Shown here: positions 39,205-50,180 of the stretch, one piece after another
Numbering within the stretch: the first letter of the stretch is position 1
How the letters are laid out: each line of letters begins with the position of its first letter
Translations under genes and position numbers: made by a program
Origin: Callorhinchus milii
Lineage: Eukaryota
Length of the DNA stretch: 64,000 nucleotides
Reading direction: 5' to 3'
Assembly: GCF_018977255.1 (NCBI RefSeq)
Contig: NW_024704742.1
Coordinates: 62,374,001 to 62,438,000 of the forward strand
The notes under the pieces: generated by a model
What the model was told of the DNA's origin: nothing
Databases searched by the model: none
What the model saw: the letters and a program-made list of their open reading frames with translations, nothing else

Positions 39205-39600
39205 TCTCCAGTGACTTGTTTGGTAAAGTCATTGCCTGGTGTGAATCTGTTTCAAGGTCAATATGCAATCTGTGATTAGTTATGGAATCTCAGCAGGGAT
39301 GGCAGTAGGGACGCTGCAAATGACTCAGTACCACTGGGCTATAGGGGAAAAACAATCAGCCGGGTGCCTGCTCCCAATTGCTAACAAGGGAACTTTGCTG
39401 GAAAGCATACAAGGGTGGATATGGATAGAGACTGAGTTCAGCTGTTCTGTCACCCATGTTACATTCCTGTGCCTGACACTTACCGGGTGGGCTCATACAT
39501 GAAGAATGATCAGTTGGGAGAGGCAGTGAAGTGTACCTGGTACCCCTGGAACTGTACTGAGTCATTGGGAGACTCAGGAGAATTAAGACAAAATTTGGAC
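39205..39600 (+). mobile_element. Ancient tRNA-derived SINE resembling AmnSINE2, near full length
   Basis: Blocks atctcagcagggatggcagtagggacgctgcaaatg, ctgggctataggggaaaaacaatcagcc, tgctggaaag and ggctcatacatgaagaatg occur in the order I recall for the AmnSINE2 consensus. There is a second copy at about 54935-55260. Confidence 0.6.
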
Positions 39601-39899
39601 TGAACATTTTTATAAAAGATAATGGATCTGTCGTCTAAATAACTACCTCAGCAACAGGATCCTTTTAAAAACTAGAATTTTACAAAAAGGTGCAGCTGCC
39701 AACACAATTGCAGAATCATATTTAGTATGAATGACAGTGGCAGAACAAGCTTATGTGTGGTTAGTTGTTCATAAAACCTCAGTGGCACTCTATCTAAATA
39801 TTATCTACTGGGTCTGGGGTATTCCAGTTGACCGAAGGATAATAATCCTTACATTTCCCTATGTATTATATCTTGTTGGTACCATTGTGTGTCACACAT

Positions 39900-40295
39900 T
39901 GTGTGGCTCAGTTGGTAACATGCTTGCCTCTGGAATCAGGAGGTTGTGGGATCCAGCCACACATCAGAACTTGGAATTCATACAGTCCAGGCTGACACTC
40001 CAACACATTGCTGGGGTTGCGTTGTATTGTTGGTGGTGCCGTCCTTCGGAAGATATGTTAAACTGATTCAGGTGGATATTTAAGATGCCACGGCACTGTT
40101 CAAAAAGAGAAGGAAGTTTCTCCCCACCTCCCGGGAAAAATTGGTTATTTACTCCATGGATATTTGTGGCACATTGCAGTGTGCAAATTGACTGCTCACA
40201 AATATACAGTCACTCCACTTTCCGGTATATCCAGTGATTTCCTCCTGACGTGCAAGGTGTTACATCATATGTAAATGTAAGAATCATTATTATTT
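39900..40295 (+). mobile_element. DeuSINE (SacSINE1-like), near full length
   Basis: gtggctcagttggtaacatgcttgcctctggaatcaggaggttgtggg...ccaggctgacactcca...ggtgccgtccttcggaagatatgttaaac, followed by the tail. Confidence 0.8.
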
Positions 40296-40349
40296 ATTCT
40301 CTTGGTGTCTCTGGAATAACTCTCTGGGAGAGGTCATAAAGCAGTTTCA

Positions 40350-40363
40350 CCAGTAGATGGCAG
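40350..40363 (+). promoter_or_regulatory. Candidate CTCF binding site
   Basis: CCAGTAGATGGCAG is an exact match to CCASYAGRKGGCRS. Confidence 0.5.
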
Positions 40364-41955
40364 TGCAGGCTCAGCAAAGCTGTACATCCTTTGCTTTCCA
40401 CAGATTGGAACAATACATGTGAAACAGCATCTTTTCATGTCAAATACTCATTGAGCTTTGAAAAGCCAAGTCTTCCTATGTAGTCAAGTGTGGCAACAGT
40501 GTGCCTCAAATAGCAATAAGGTGAGCGACCAATTAATCTACATTTTGTTTGGGGTACATTTCCAGAAGGCAAAAAATATTAATTGGGTGAACTCCAGTAG
40601 CAAGGCATGATTAAAACCAGATCAAACTGTGGTTTAATGTTTTCTTGTGTGGTTGCAGTAACTTCCTCACTACAACCTACTGAGGCAGTTTAAATAAATA
40701 CAAAAATAAACTCCCAAATCTCTGAAAATTCAACATTAATGCACAAAGACATTTCCAAAATTGGCATACTACTAACAATAATTACAATTAGATTGTCCTT
40801 CGCTCATTTCAGAGTTCCGTATTTTTCTTTTAATCTTCTCCAATTCTTTTTGCCCCAGGTTCCCTGGTAACATATAATATAACTCAACTGAAAGGAGAGG
40901 TTCCTAGGACTCTGTCAAAGATTGCTGTATACGAAACGGGGACAGGCATGGCCTCCTTGGCTTGCATGGCCACCAATGTTCCTTTACTTTCTATGTGAGG
41001 GTCGTCACAGAAGACAGACACATATTGAGAGCAGTCACAGAGCATAGCAAAATATTGAGAGAAGGGGAAGAAGGCAAATGATACAATCAACGAGATAGAT
41101 CTTTAGATGGGTTTTGCCTTCAAAACCCTCCACAGCCTTTCTGCTTCCTACCTCTGTGACCTGCTAACTCCACATAGATCTGTCCGCTCCTTCCACTCTG
41201 GCCTGCTCCATGTCCCCTGCTTGGCCCGACTTGCCCTACCATCAAGCCCATTTCTTCCACAGTAAAGTACATTTCCCATTTGCCTTTTCAGGTGGATGTT
41301 GAAGATCCCATGGCATTATTTGAAACAGAAGAGAGTTTCTCCCAGTGTCCTGGCCAACAATTCCCCCTAATAAAATTAGTCATTCACTTCATGGTTGATT
41401 TTTGGGTTATTGCTGTGTGCACCTGGCAGCTGTGTTTACCCCACAAAACATACAGTGAAAAAATACTTTACAGTATATCCTGTGAAGCACTTTGGAACTC
41501 TCAATGACTTGATAAGGCACTATATCAAATGCAACAAAACCTGATTAAATGTTCTGCTAATGTTTCTCCTTAACTAAAGAGGTAAATGTAGCCTAATTTG
41601 AGACTATTCACGCAATAATCTACATATATTTAACTACCTGTCTTTATTGATATAACATCTGCTAAATGGGAGCATTTGATACAGCATTTCATCATCTCTG
41701 CCGGTATCTATCCCCAGTGCCTCTAGACAGATGCCGATTCAAATGCAGGGATCAGACACTTGCAAAGAGAAAGAATGCTTAGAATCATGCAGATAAAAAG
41801 GGGCATCTTCTTAAACATACAGAGCTAAATTGCGTTTAAATACATACAGTAAAATTGAATGCTTCCTGCACGCATTCTATTAGTTAAAGCTCATTCTCTT
41901 CAGTGTGCCGGTATTTAATTGCACCTGTGTCATTTTCCCATTCATTAGTACTTAC

Positions 41956-42139
41956 TCAAATGGATCACTGGGGTCAGGCCTTTCGAGCTCTGGCGGTATT
42001 GGAATACGCTTGTAGTACATCTCCCAGTCAAAGGCTCCCCTCATGGCATCTCCAGCCTGCGTCTCATAGCCAAAGTGATTGTGGTCAATGACATCGATCA
42101 TAGGACACACAATTGTCTTGTGGTTTTGTGCGATCTGGT
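41956..42139 (-). CDS. GALNTL6: GALNTL6 coding exon, 184 nt
   Basis: ctttcag|ACCAGATC...CCATTTGA|gtaagt. Encodes (D)[60 protein letters not shown](E); in frame with the neighbouring exons. Confidence 0.96.
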
Positions 42140-43149
42140 CTGAAAGATGAAAGGACGTCAGGAGAAAAGCACAGTTAACCAGCTCATCCATCACACTAGC
42201 CTCAAACACTTCACTCCATCCCAGAGGGCCTCCAGCATTGTTTGCCTTCAGTCCCTACAACCCCAGGTTTCTCACACTTTCAAAAAACATAGACTGCAAT
42301 CTGAAATCAGACTTGATGCAGCTGGACAGTGATTAGAGGCAATTACATTGCTTTTAAAGTAGGTCTTCTCCAGTGAGACTAAGGAAACCTCAGCTATCTA
42401 CATCTCTGTCACTCAGGCTTGTTAAATTGTGCCAAATCTGTCACAAATAAAGTCTGCTGATTGCTTGTAAGACATCACAATACTCTTAGGGTGAGAGGAA
42501 AGACTTTACTGCCAGGTCTTTGTTCTACTTTTTAGCTGGGTTTAAAACTGTATTTCTGCGCTAAGAAAAAATATCTTGGGTTACAATATATAGTTTGGGA
42601 CATGACATATGCATGCGACTGCCTGGAGGGTGGAAGGTGAACTGGATGGACCTTGATCTTTTTTGTCTAGCAAATTCTTATGTTCTTATTTTTCTTTGTT
42701 GAGTGTTGCCAGAGGTGATTTCTGCTGAAGCGCAAAGGGCACAGTTTGAGACGATATTTTCAGGCTTGCGTCGCATTGTGCTTTGGGCATCTCGACACAG
42801 AAAAGATATAATCATTGGAGAGAATACAATATAGATTCACAAGGATGGTAGAAGGAAATGGGTTAGTGGTGGTGGGGGTTAGTGATAAAGAAGGTGGCTC
42901 GGGAATGTATTTGGAGCTAAGGATATTGATTTGATTGAGCATTGGGCCAAAAGTAATGACTGGTTTGCTGTTCTTGCCCTTTTCTCTCCTCCCACTTCTC
43001 TCCCCTCCCCACCCCCCAACCCCACCCCGCACCACAGATTTAGAACTCACTATATGGGAAATCAAACAACATACAGTACAATGTAACACTAGGAAAGTGC
43101 AAACATGAAACCCACAATGTTAATTCTGGAGTAATGTGGATTACTTAAT

Positions 43150-43555
43150 GAAATAATAACCATTTGCATTTGATATAGTGCCTTTCATGTTGTCTCAAAG
43201 TGCTTCACAGAATTTAATATGCATTATAGTGACTATTTGTAGATGAAAATTTTTGCACAGCAATGCCCCATGAAGTGAATGATCAATTTTATCTGGGGGT
43301 CTGTTGGCCAGGACATTGGAAGAAACTCTCTTCTCTTTTCAAATAGTGCCAACGAATCTTTAATGTCCACCTGAACAGGCAGATGGACTTTGGTTTAACA
43401 TCTTATCTGAAGGGCAGCACCTCCAACAATGCAGTGCATCCCATGTACTGCATTAAAATGCCAGCCTAGACAATGCGAGTTCAAAATCCCGACATGGGGC
43501 TTGAAACCACAATCTTTTGACTCAGAGGCAAGAGTGCTACTAAGCGAGCCAGATT
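43150..43555 (-). mobile_element. DeuSINE (SacSINE1-like), full length
   Basis: The reverse complement runs from tggctcgcttagtagcactcttgcctctgagtcaaaagattgtgg through ggaggtgctgcccttcagataagatgttaaacc to aggcactatatcaaatgcaa. Confidence 0.82.
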
Positions 43556-43889
43556 AACTTCTGAATCCATATGAGCCATAAAACATTTTACAGCACACAG
43601 AACAAGGATATTTGGCTTATTGTCTAAAAAGTTTCCTGCTGCTTGCCAGACATTGGGCTAAGTGGCTTCCTTCTGTGTTGTAAATTTCTAAATTGGTCCA
43701 CTGTGCCTCTGCTGGCTGTAATAAAGACCTATCTGTTCAGTCTCATTCTCCTACCTTTTCCCCAAATCCTTTCATATTTCTCCTTTTCATATATTGAACT
43801 AATTTCTTCCAAAAAGCTAATATGAATTCGGCCTATTCCACTTGTACGCAGAGTATTTCACATTCTAACAACCCACTATGTAAAAGATA

Positions 43890-44070
43890 CATGTGGAAGC
43901 CCATCAGCATGCTTAAGAGTAGTTAAACCAGACTTTGCACACATATATGCCGCCTACACATGGACATTTCCTATACCTGGAATGGAATGCCCACTCTCTC
44001 TGGAGAGACCCAGCTGTATGGCAGCTCATAGTTTGCCATTCAGAGCATTGTCTGGCAATCTTCCAGATTG
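43890..44070 (+). repeat. Unclassified dispersed repeat, copy 4
   Basis: gaagcccatcagcatgcttaagagtagttaaaccagact...ctacacatggacatttcctatacctggaatggaatgcccactctctctggaga...ccattcagagcattgtctggca. Confidence 0.7.
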
Positions 44071-44689
44071 GACTGTCCTATCCATATGAATGAGAGAAAC
44101 TGAGTGGGAAGAATCCCTGTTCCAAGTATACCCCCCCAAATCTTACTGATGAGCCAGGCAAAACTTGCTGATGAGCTAGTTTATCACCAGCAGTGCCTGG
44201 AGTACTATGGACCCATTTTGCTTAGAAGCTGGACTACCAAAACCGCCACAGACTCAATTCAAACATTCTGTTGCCAAACATGGCATCTTGGAACTAGTTC
44301 AGTTCAATGGGCAAGATTTTATTTGTGCTTGTTTATCTCAGTGCCAAATACTGTACCATCAACTGACGGCAAGAAGTGGATGTTTGTTGTGCTGGAATGC
44401 TATCCATCAGATATATGTTCAGTCCTCATTCTCTGCAGAATTTGTATCACTATGTCTGTGATTTATGAACACAGGGAAAGACGTAAGCCACCTGGCCCAT
44501 CAAGCCTGCTTTGCTGCTTTCTTAAATCTTGGCTGATCCATAACTCAATAACATTTCCTGCCTTTTCTAGATGTTAACCATACAGCAGGTTCAGGTGAGT
44601 TTGTATGACCTCAGTGTCTTCTGGAATATCCCAAAAGAAACAATGGTTCAGATTTCTCAATTTATACAGTGAATTATTTCACCGACATG

Positions 44690-45320
44690 GTTTGGCCTAT
44701 GAGTGGAGATTGGAGGAACTGGGACATTTTCTGCTAGAACAAAGAAATTTGAGGAGTGACCTGATACACGTCTTTAAAATTATGAGGGGCGTTGATAGTC
44801 AATCAGAAGAAATTAATTCACTGATCAGTGAGTCAGTACCTAGAGGACATCAGTTTAAGATAGCTAGTAAATGATAAAATAGAGAGGCTCAGAGAGAAAT
44901 GTTTTCACACACAGATTAGTTAGGATGTGGAATTCATTAGATAAGTTAGAATGTGAAGGCTTACGGCCACCAACTCCCCCCTCCCCCCCCCGCCCCCGGC
45001 TCGGAGTCAGGATCACTGTTAAGCTCTCTGAGAGGCTACCCTGTGTGGAGGGCGCTATATAAGTGCAAGTCGTTGTTGTTGTTGAATGCCCAGCCGGGAG
45101 AATGTTTGAGTGAGAATCCACATTGAGCTTTAAAAGAGAATAAAATAGATACCTAAAAAAGAGAATAAGACCTTAAATATAAGACCTTGGATACCTTAAA
45201 AAGAGTCACCTACATGAGTATGGGGAAAGGGCAGGTAAATGGATTGCTCTTCAGGAGTAGGCACAGACATGATGATGCAAATAGCCTTCTTCTGTGCTGC
45301 AAATTTCTATGATTTTATTT
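44690..45320 (+). mobile_element. CR1 LINE 3' fragment interrupted by an L2-type tail at about 44965-45085
   Basis: Encodes YEWRLEELGHFLLEQRNLRSDLIHVFKIMRG and RGHQFKI (CR1 ORF2 C-terminus); ends gccttcttctgtgctgcaaatttctatgatt. Confidence 0.8.
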
Positions 45321-45538
45321 TATGCTACTCCTGCACAGTGGTAGTGAAGTTCCCAATCAATATCAGTACCAGAGAGTCTAAAAAAACCTATGACCTGGTG
45401 TTGGCAAAGTGAGTGCCTTGACAAGTTCAACTGGACTGATTTTACATTGCTATCATCTGAACACTTTAATCTGCTACAAAGAATAACATTCATAGGAAAT
45501 CAGTTATCATCAATGAATGAATCTAAGCAGAGACTTAC

Positions 45539-45724
45539 CAAGGAGCGGTGGTAACCAGTTGACATTGGCCTCGCAGTGAGAATCCAGGAATGTTAAGACT
45601 TCTCCTTTTGCTACTGAAGCTCCCAATAACCTGGTTCGGATTAGACCTTCTCTTTTCCTGGTACGCATGATTCTCACCTTCGGAAATCTAGCCATGTGTT
45701 CTTCTAAACGTTCTTTCAAGTGTT
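45539..45724 (-). CDS. GALNTL6: GALNTL6 coding exon, 186 nt; catalytic GT-A domain with the DXH motif
   Basis: ttttttccag|AACAC...CTCCTTG|gtaagt. Encodes (E)[61 protein letters not shown]; phase 1 at both ends. Confidence 0.96.
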
Positions 45725-46484
45725 CTGGAAAAACACAATTCAAGAGAGAAGCTTATAAATTGCAGGGGAGGCTTTGTTTTTTTCCATATGAGATTCTTCA
45801 GTTATTTTCAGTTGATGGAACTCAATTGGTTTGTTCAAAAGATTAACAAATAATTGAATCCTTTCAGATTTGGACAGTCTCTTTAGAAGGACAATCTCCC
45901 AGCAATAATGAAACTGGTAATAGATTATTGTTTATCAGCAGTTCTTTTTCCATTACTTTCCATTACTGCTGATAAACAGTGGTTAGACGGTGCACTGGAG
46001 GTTGGATCTTCTTTGAAATAGACTACAAACTCAAATTGAATGTAGCTATGCATCTGAATGGTGAGTCCTGACTAGTGGTGGTAGACTTCAGAATGAATTA
46101 TCCCCATCTGATAGCTAATCTACTCTCCTCAAGTACTAAACCACATGCCAATGGTGCTCTAGGCAGCTGTTAGGTTTCAAAGTCTCTAAAGACATAGACT
46201 TGCGGTTAATTGATCTTAAAACCTACGCTACGTTTGTCCCTAAATGCCATGTGCTTGCCCTGCCCACTAACATAACATAAGATAGCATGGGACAAGACTA
46301 GACCATTTATGTTATTAAGCCCCCTCTTTCCGCAATCCATGAAAAAAAACTATCGTATTCTGAACGTCATCTAACCCACGTTCTCTTTCAAACATAATCC
46401 TCATAATCAATAATCAATGGAGACTTGTCGATTTTAAAACTATTAATGTAGCCACTGATTTTTTTTGTCACAAATCTGACCCCT

Positions 46485-46715
46485 GTAAGAATCCATTACC
46501 ATGTGTCCAAAGTATCCAAACAAAGCTGAGAGTTCCACATAAGTAGGCCAACTCCACATGGATATTTTCTGGAATGAAATGAACACTCTCACTCTGGAGG
46601 ATGCACCTTGCTTACCTCAATCCTTAGAGTATTAGGCAAAAGTTGGCAAGAGCCAAGCCTTGGGACTCCAAAATGTTCAATTGCATGTGTTACGATTGAG
46701 AGCACTATCTGGCAC
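46485..46715 (+). repeat. Unclassified dispersed repeat, copy 5
   Basis: ccattaccatgtgtccaaagtatccaaacaaagctgagagttccacataagta...ctggaatgaaatgaacactctcactctggagg...gttggcaagagccaag...attgagagcactatctggca. Confidence 0.7.
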
Positions 46716-48183
46716 TCAATTGTAGTCTAAATTTGGAAGCTGTTATTTTAACAGTTCTTTGGCTTCAAAGAAGACACAAAAGTGCAAAACTGGATAAGTG
46801 CCCCCCAGCCCTTCTCTTCTAAAACCTCTCCACCTCACTCCCTCCCTCTCTGCTTTCAAAAGCCATCTAAAAAACTATCTCTTTCACTGTGGCTTCAGCC
46901 ACCAATTCCATCGCTTGGGCTCCCATTTCATCTCTGTAACATGTTTCAGGACAATGTCCTCTTTTGTGAAAGGTGTTACATACGTGAACTTCATTGTCCC
47001 ACCCCACCTTGGGCCGCATCACCCCTCAGATCCCACCCCCAGCTCGGGTGCAAACTCTTGGACACTCCTAGCAGCTTGGAACATCCTTCCGGTGTGAAAG
47101 GCACTACATAAATGTAAATTTGTTGTTGTTGAATACAGAATACCCTTTGGTCAGAATTTTGCAGGACAATAAAAGGTAAATCATTCTGTTGAATGTACAC
47201 CTACTCCATGCAGCTATCTCAACGCTTGAAGGGTTAGAATGAATTTGTGGCAAGGTTATTTGTAGTGAGACAAAAAGAAAACAAAGCTGGAATTCAGGAC
47301 AGTGGAAGTCACTGATGAAGATGAACCTTAATGATCAGTGGTGGATGTGTTTCCTTAACCCAGCTTTGCTAGTCAGCTTCAGCTAATGGAACAGTCAAAG
47401 CCACTTAACATGATAAATTGTGGGGAAAGCAATGTTTACAACACGTTACAGTGGCTTCTACAGATCTTTCCGCTGTTTGTTATCACTGCTGCATTTTAAA
47501 TAAAGGCAGCTTTGTAAATTCCACCACAACTAATGAACGAGGGCACTCAGATGTGAAAGTCAAGACCTCTGTCATAGAAAGCTGCAGAACACGCCGAATT
47601 GTTAATTTAAAAACAAAATCTATCATTGTTTCTTTCTCGCTGTTGATGAAATAAGGTAATAAATCATATGCATGATACACGCCAAAACACCACCCAGTCA
47701 TCTGGCAGCACAGGAATCAGACTCCAAAGTGACAAATAAATAGTAATTGAGAAACAGGTGTTTTATAACCTTGTCAACAGACTGACAACACATGATGAAG
47801 GGCAGTAATAAGTAAAACTCTGGTGATGCTTAATAAACAAAAGTCTCCAATACAATTATTTTTCAGACAGCACTACTTTATCCTAATTTGATAGCCTCGA
47901 TGTCCCATAAACACATTCATTTAAGTTTTAAAGAAAAAAAATTAAAAGAGTTCACGCAGTGAAAATTGCACTTGCGACTCAATTCCTTTTTAAGACGTGG
48001 CAATTTTTTTATATGTAGTATTTGTGTATCACAGCAACTTCAGTTCTACTAGAGTCTTGGTTGGAGTCAGATAAGATTGCATGATAAATATCAGTGTATA
48101 CTGTCAATCCTATAGAGTCAGCAATGCATTGCTACAACTATAGAATCAGTGTATTACTGATTCTATAGCAATTCTATTGTGGT

Positions 48184-48775
48184 GTCCTGTAGCTCAGTAG
48201 TTAGAGTACTCGCCTTGCAAGTGAGAGACCTGGGTTTGATTCCCGGCAGGGCGAAACGTTAGGCAAGTTTCCTTGCTCCACACGCCTCTGGTTTACCTAG
48301 CAGTAAGTAGAAACCTGACTGTTAGTCAATTGGCAGATCGCTTTTCCAGGGCTAATAATTCCTTCAAAAAAATAATAATAATCCTTGCATTTGATGTAGC
48401 ACTTTTCACGTCTTCTAGACGTCGCAAAGCGCTTCACAGAATATACTGTAAAGTGAATTGACTGCATATTTTTGGCCGAAAAGTGGCAACCAATTGCACA
48501 CAGCAGTGTCCCACAAACAGTCGTGATTTAAGTGACCAAATTGTTATTTTTTTTAAGAATTATTTTCATTAAATAATAATCCCTCCAAAACAAAACAATA
48601 ATAAATTGGTCATTTTCAATCCATGACTGTTTGTGGGACACTGCTGTGCGCAATTGGCTGCTGCGTTTCGCCCACAAATATACAGTCAATTCACTTTACA
48701 GTCTATTCTGTGAAGTGTTTTGAGATGTCGAGAAGATGTGAAAAGCGCTATATCAAATGCAAGGATTATTGTTAT
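48184..48775 (+). mobile_element. Composite SINE family A: head and centre (+), inverted 3' half (-), second 3' half (+)
   Basis: 48184-48370 is the head and centre; about 48372-48563 is a reverse-strand tail; about 48572-48775 is a forward tail. Confidence 0.88.
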
Positions 48776-49694
48776 TTTTTTAATTAAATTTCACACTCCA
48801 CTTCTCTAGCCACAACAGAATTAATTTTCCTTTCTGTGTCAGTTATTCATGGGGGTGAAAAATATGACTTGATATATAATTATACTATTACATCATGTGT
48901 TGTTTTTTTCGCCTCATTGTGCCAATATGGTTTTACACCCATTTCAGTGCTAAGCAGAATACAGTGCTGTACCGTCAGGAATTGGAGTACTTTCAGCAGT
49001 ATTAGCACTACTTTAATGCAGGATTAGGAGCTCATGAAACAAAATCACCAATTTAGTCAATTATTAAGGTCGGATCCAATTAACTTAAGTAACTCTGCAT
49101 AATCCAATATTTCACAACCTTTGTGCAATTAGTATTATATGACACAGTTGGAGCAGGTTTTACAACTGCCAACATACTTAAACTGATGCATCTTGTGTCA
49201 TAATCTTAATACCCATCAGAATTTGCAATAAATATGATTTTAAACATTCCTGATGAATTACACAATGGCACAGTGCAGCAACACAGAACTGTGCATTTTC
49301 TGCAAGATTGCTGCCTCGGTGAATATGTGCGTCAAATCTATTCCATCCAGCGATAGCAGATGATTGCTTTGAACAGACTCTTTTGAAAAGCATACAAGTG
49401 GCACGTCCTAAATTTCACGTTGCCTTGCTTGCCTTTTAAATTCAGGTTTGTGCAGAATTGTGAAAAAATCTTAAATTATCTGAATTTGGAAGCATAGAGT
49501 TTTAAGATTTTCCCGCAATTATGAATTTTAAAACAAGATGTCTTCCAGGCTATGACGACGTGGGTCTGTAACTTTTTGTGGATATTTATTTTCATTTATA
49601 GCAATATTTATTTTTCCACTAATAATAATCCTTGCGTTTTATATAGTACCTTTCTTTCATGGTGAGAGGACGTCTCAAAGTACTTAAGATTTAC

Positions 49695-50180
49695 TGTCGC
49701 CCGCATTCTCACTCGCACAAAACTCCACTCCCCGATCACCCCAATCCTTGCCAGACTACACTGGCTGCCTGTCCCAGAGAGGATCGATTTCAAGATCCTC
49801 ACCCTTGTATTCAAGTCCCTGCACTCCTCTGCACCCCCCTACCTCTTTGACCTCCTCTCTTCTCAAAAGAGAACCCGTTGCCTTCGTTCCTCCGGATCTG
49901 GCCTCCTCCTCGTCCCTAGAGTCCTCTGCTCCACCCTCAACAGCCGTGCCTTCAGCCACTATGGCCCGAGGCTCTGGAACTGCCTTTCTCATTCCCTTCG
50001 TCTCGCTCCCTCTCTTCCCATTTTCAAGTCTCTGCTGAAGACCTTTCTTTTCGACCGCGTCTTTGGTCACCTTNCTCCCCCTAGCTCGGTCCCAGGATCC
50101 GCTACTGTAAAGCGCTCTGAGACGCCGTCCGGCGTGGAGGGCGCTATATAAATCCAAGTTGTTGTTGTTGTAGTTGTTGT
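49695..50180 (+). mobile_element. L2 LINE 3' fragment, distinct subfamily
   Basis: ccccaatccttgccagactacactggctgcctgtcccagagaggatcgatttcaagatc...ctctggaac, ending in a (ttg)n tail. Confidence 0.85.

Larger units (their letters stand above)
5979..45724 (-). other. GALNTL6: Span of six internal coding exons of polypeptide N-acetylgalactosaminyltransferase-like 6; the gene continues beyond both window ends
   Basis: The spliced translation is continuous ([14 protein letters not shown]...FLDSHCE...[11 protein letters not shown]...GHIYRK...[11 protein letters not shown]). The residues [36 protein letters not shown] and [24 protein letters not shown] match GALNTL6 rather than GALNT10 as I recall the two proteins. 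Confidence 0.9.

Noticed and set aside
5979..45724. Calling the gene GALNT10
   Set aside because: The exon structure is shared, but the diagnostic residues ([28 protein letters not shown]) fit GALNTL6. A phylogeny or synteny check (HAND2 versus HAND1 neighbourhood) would be decisive.
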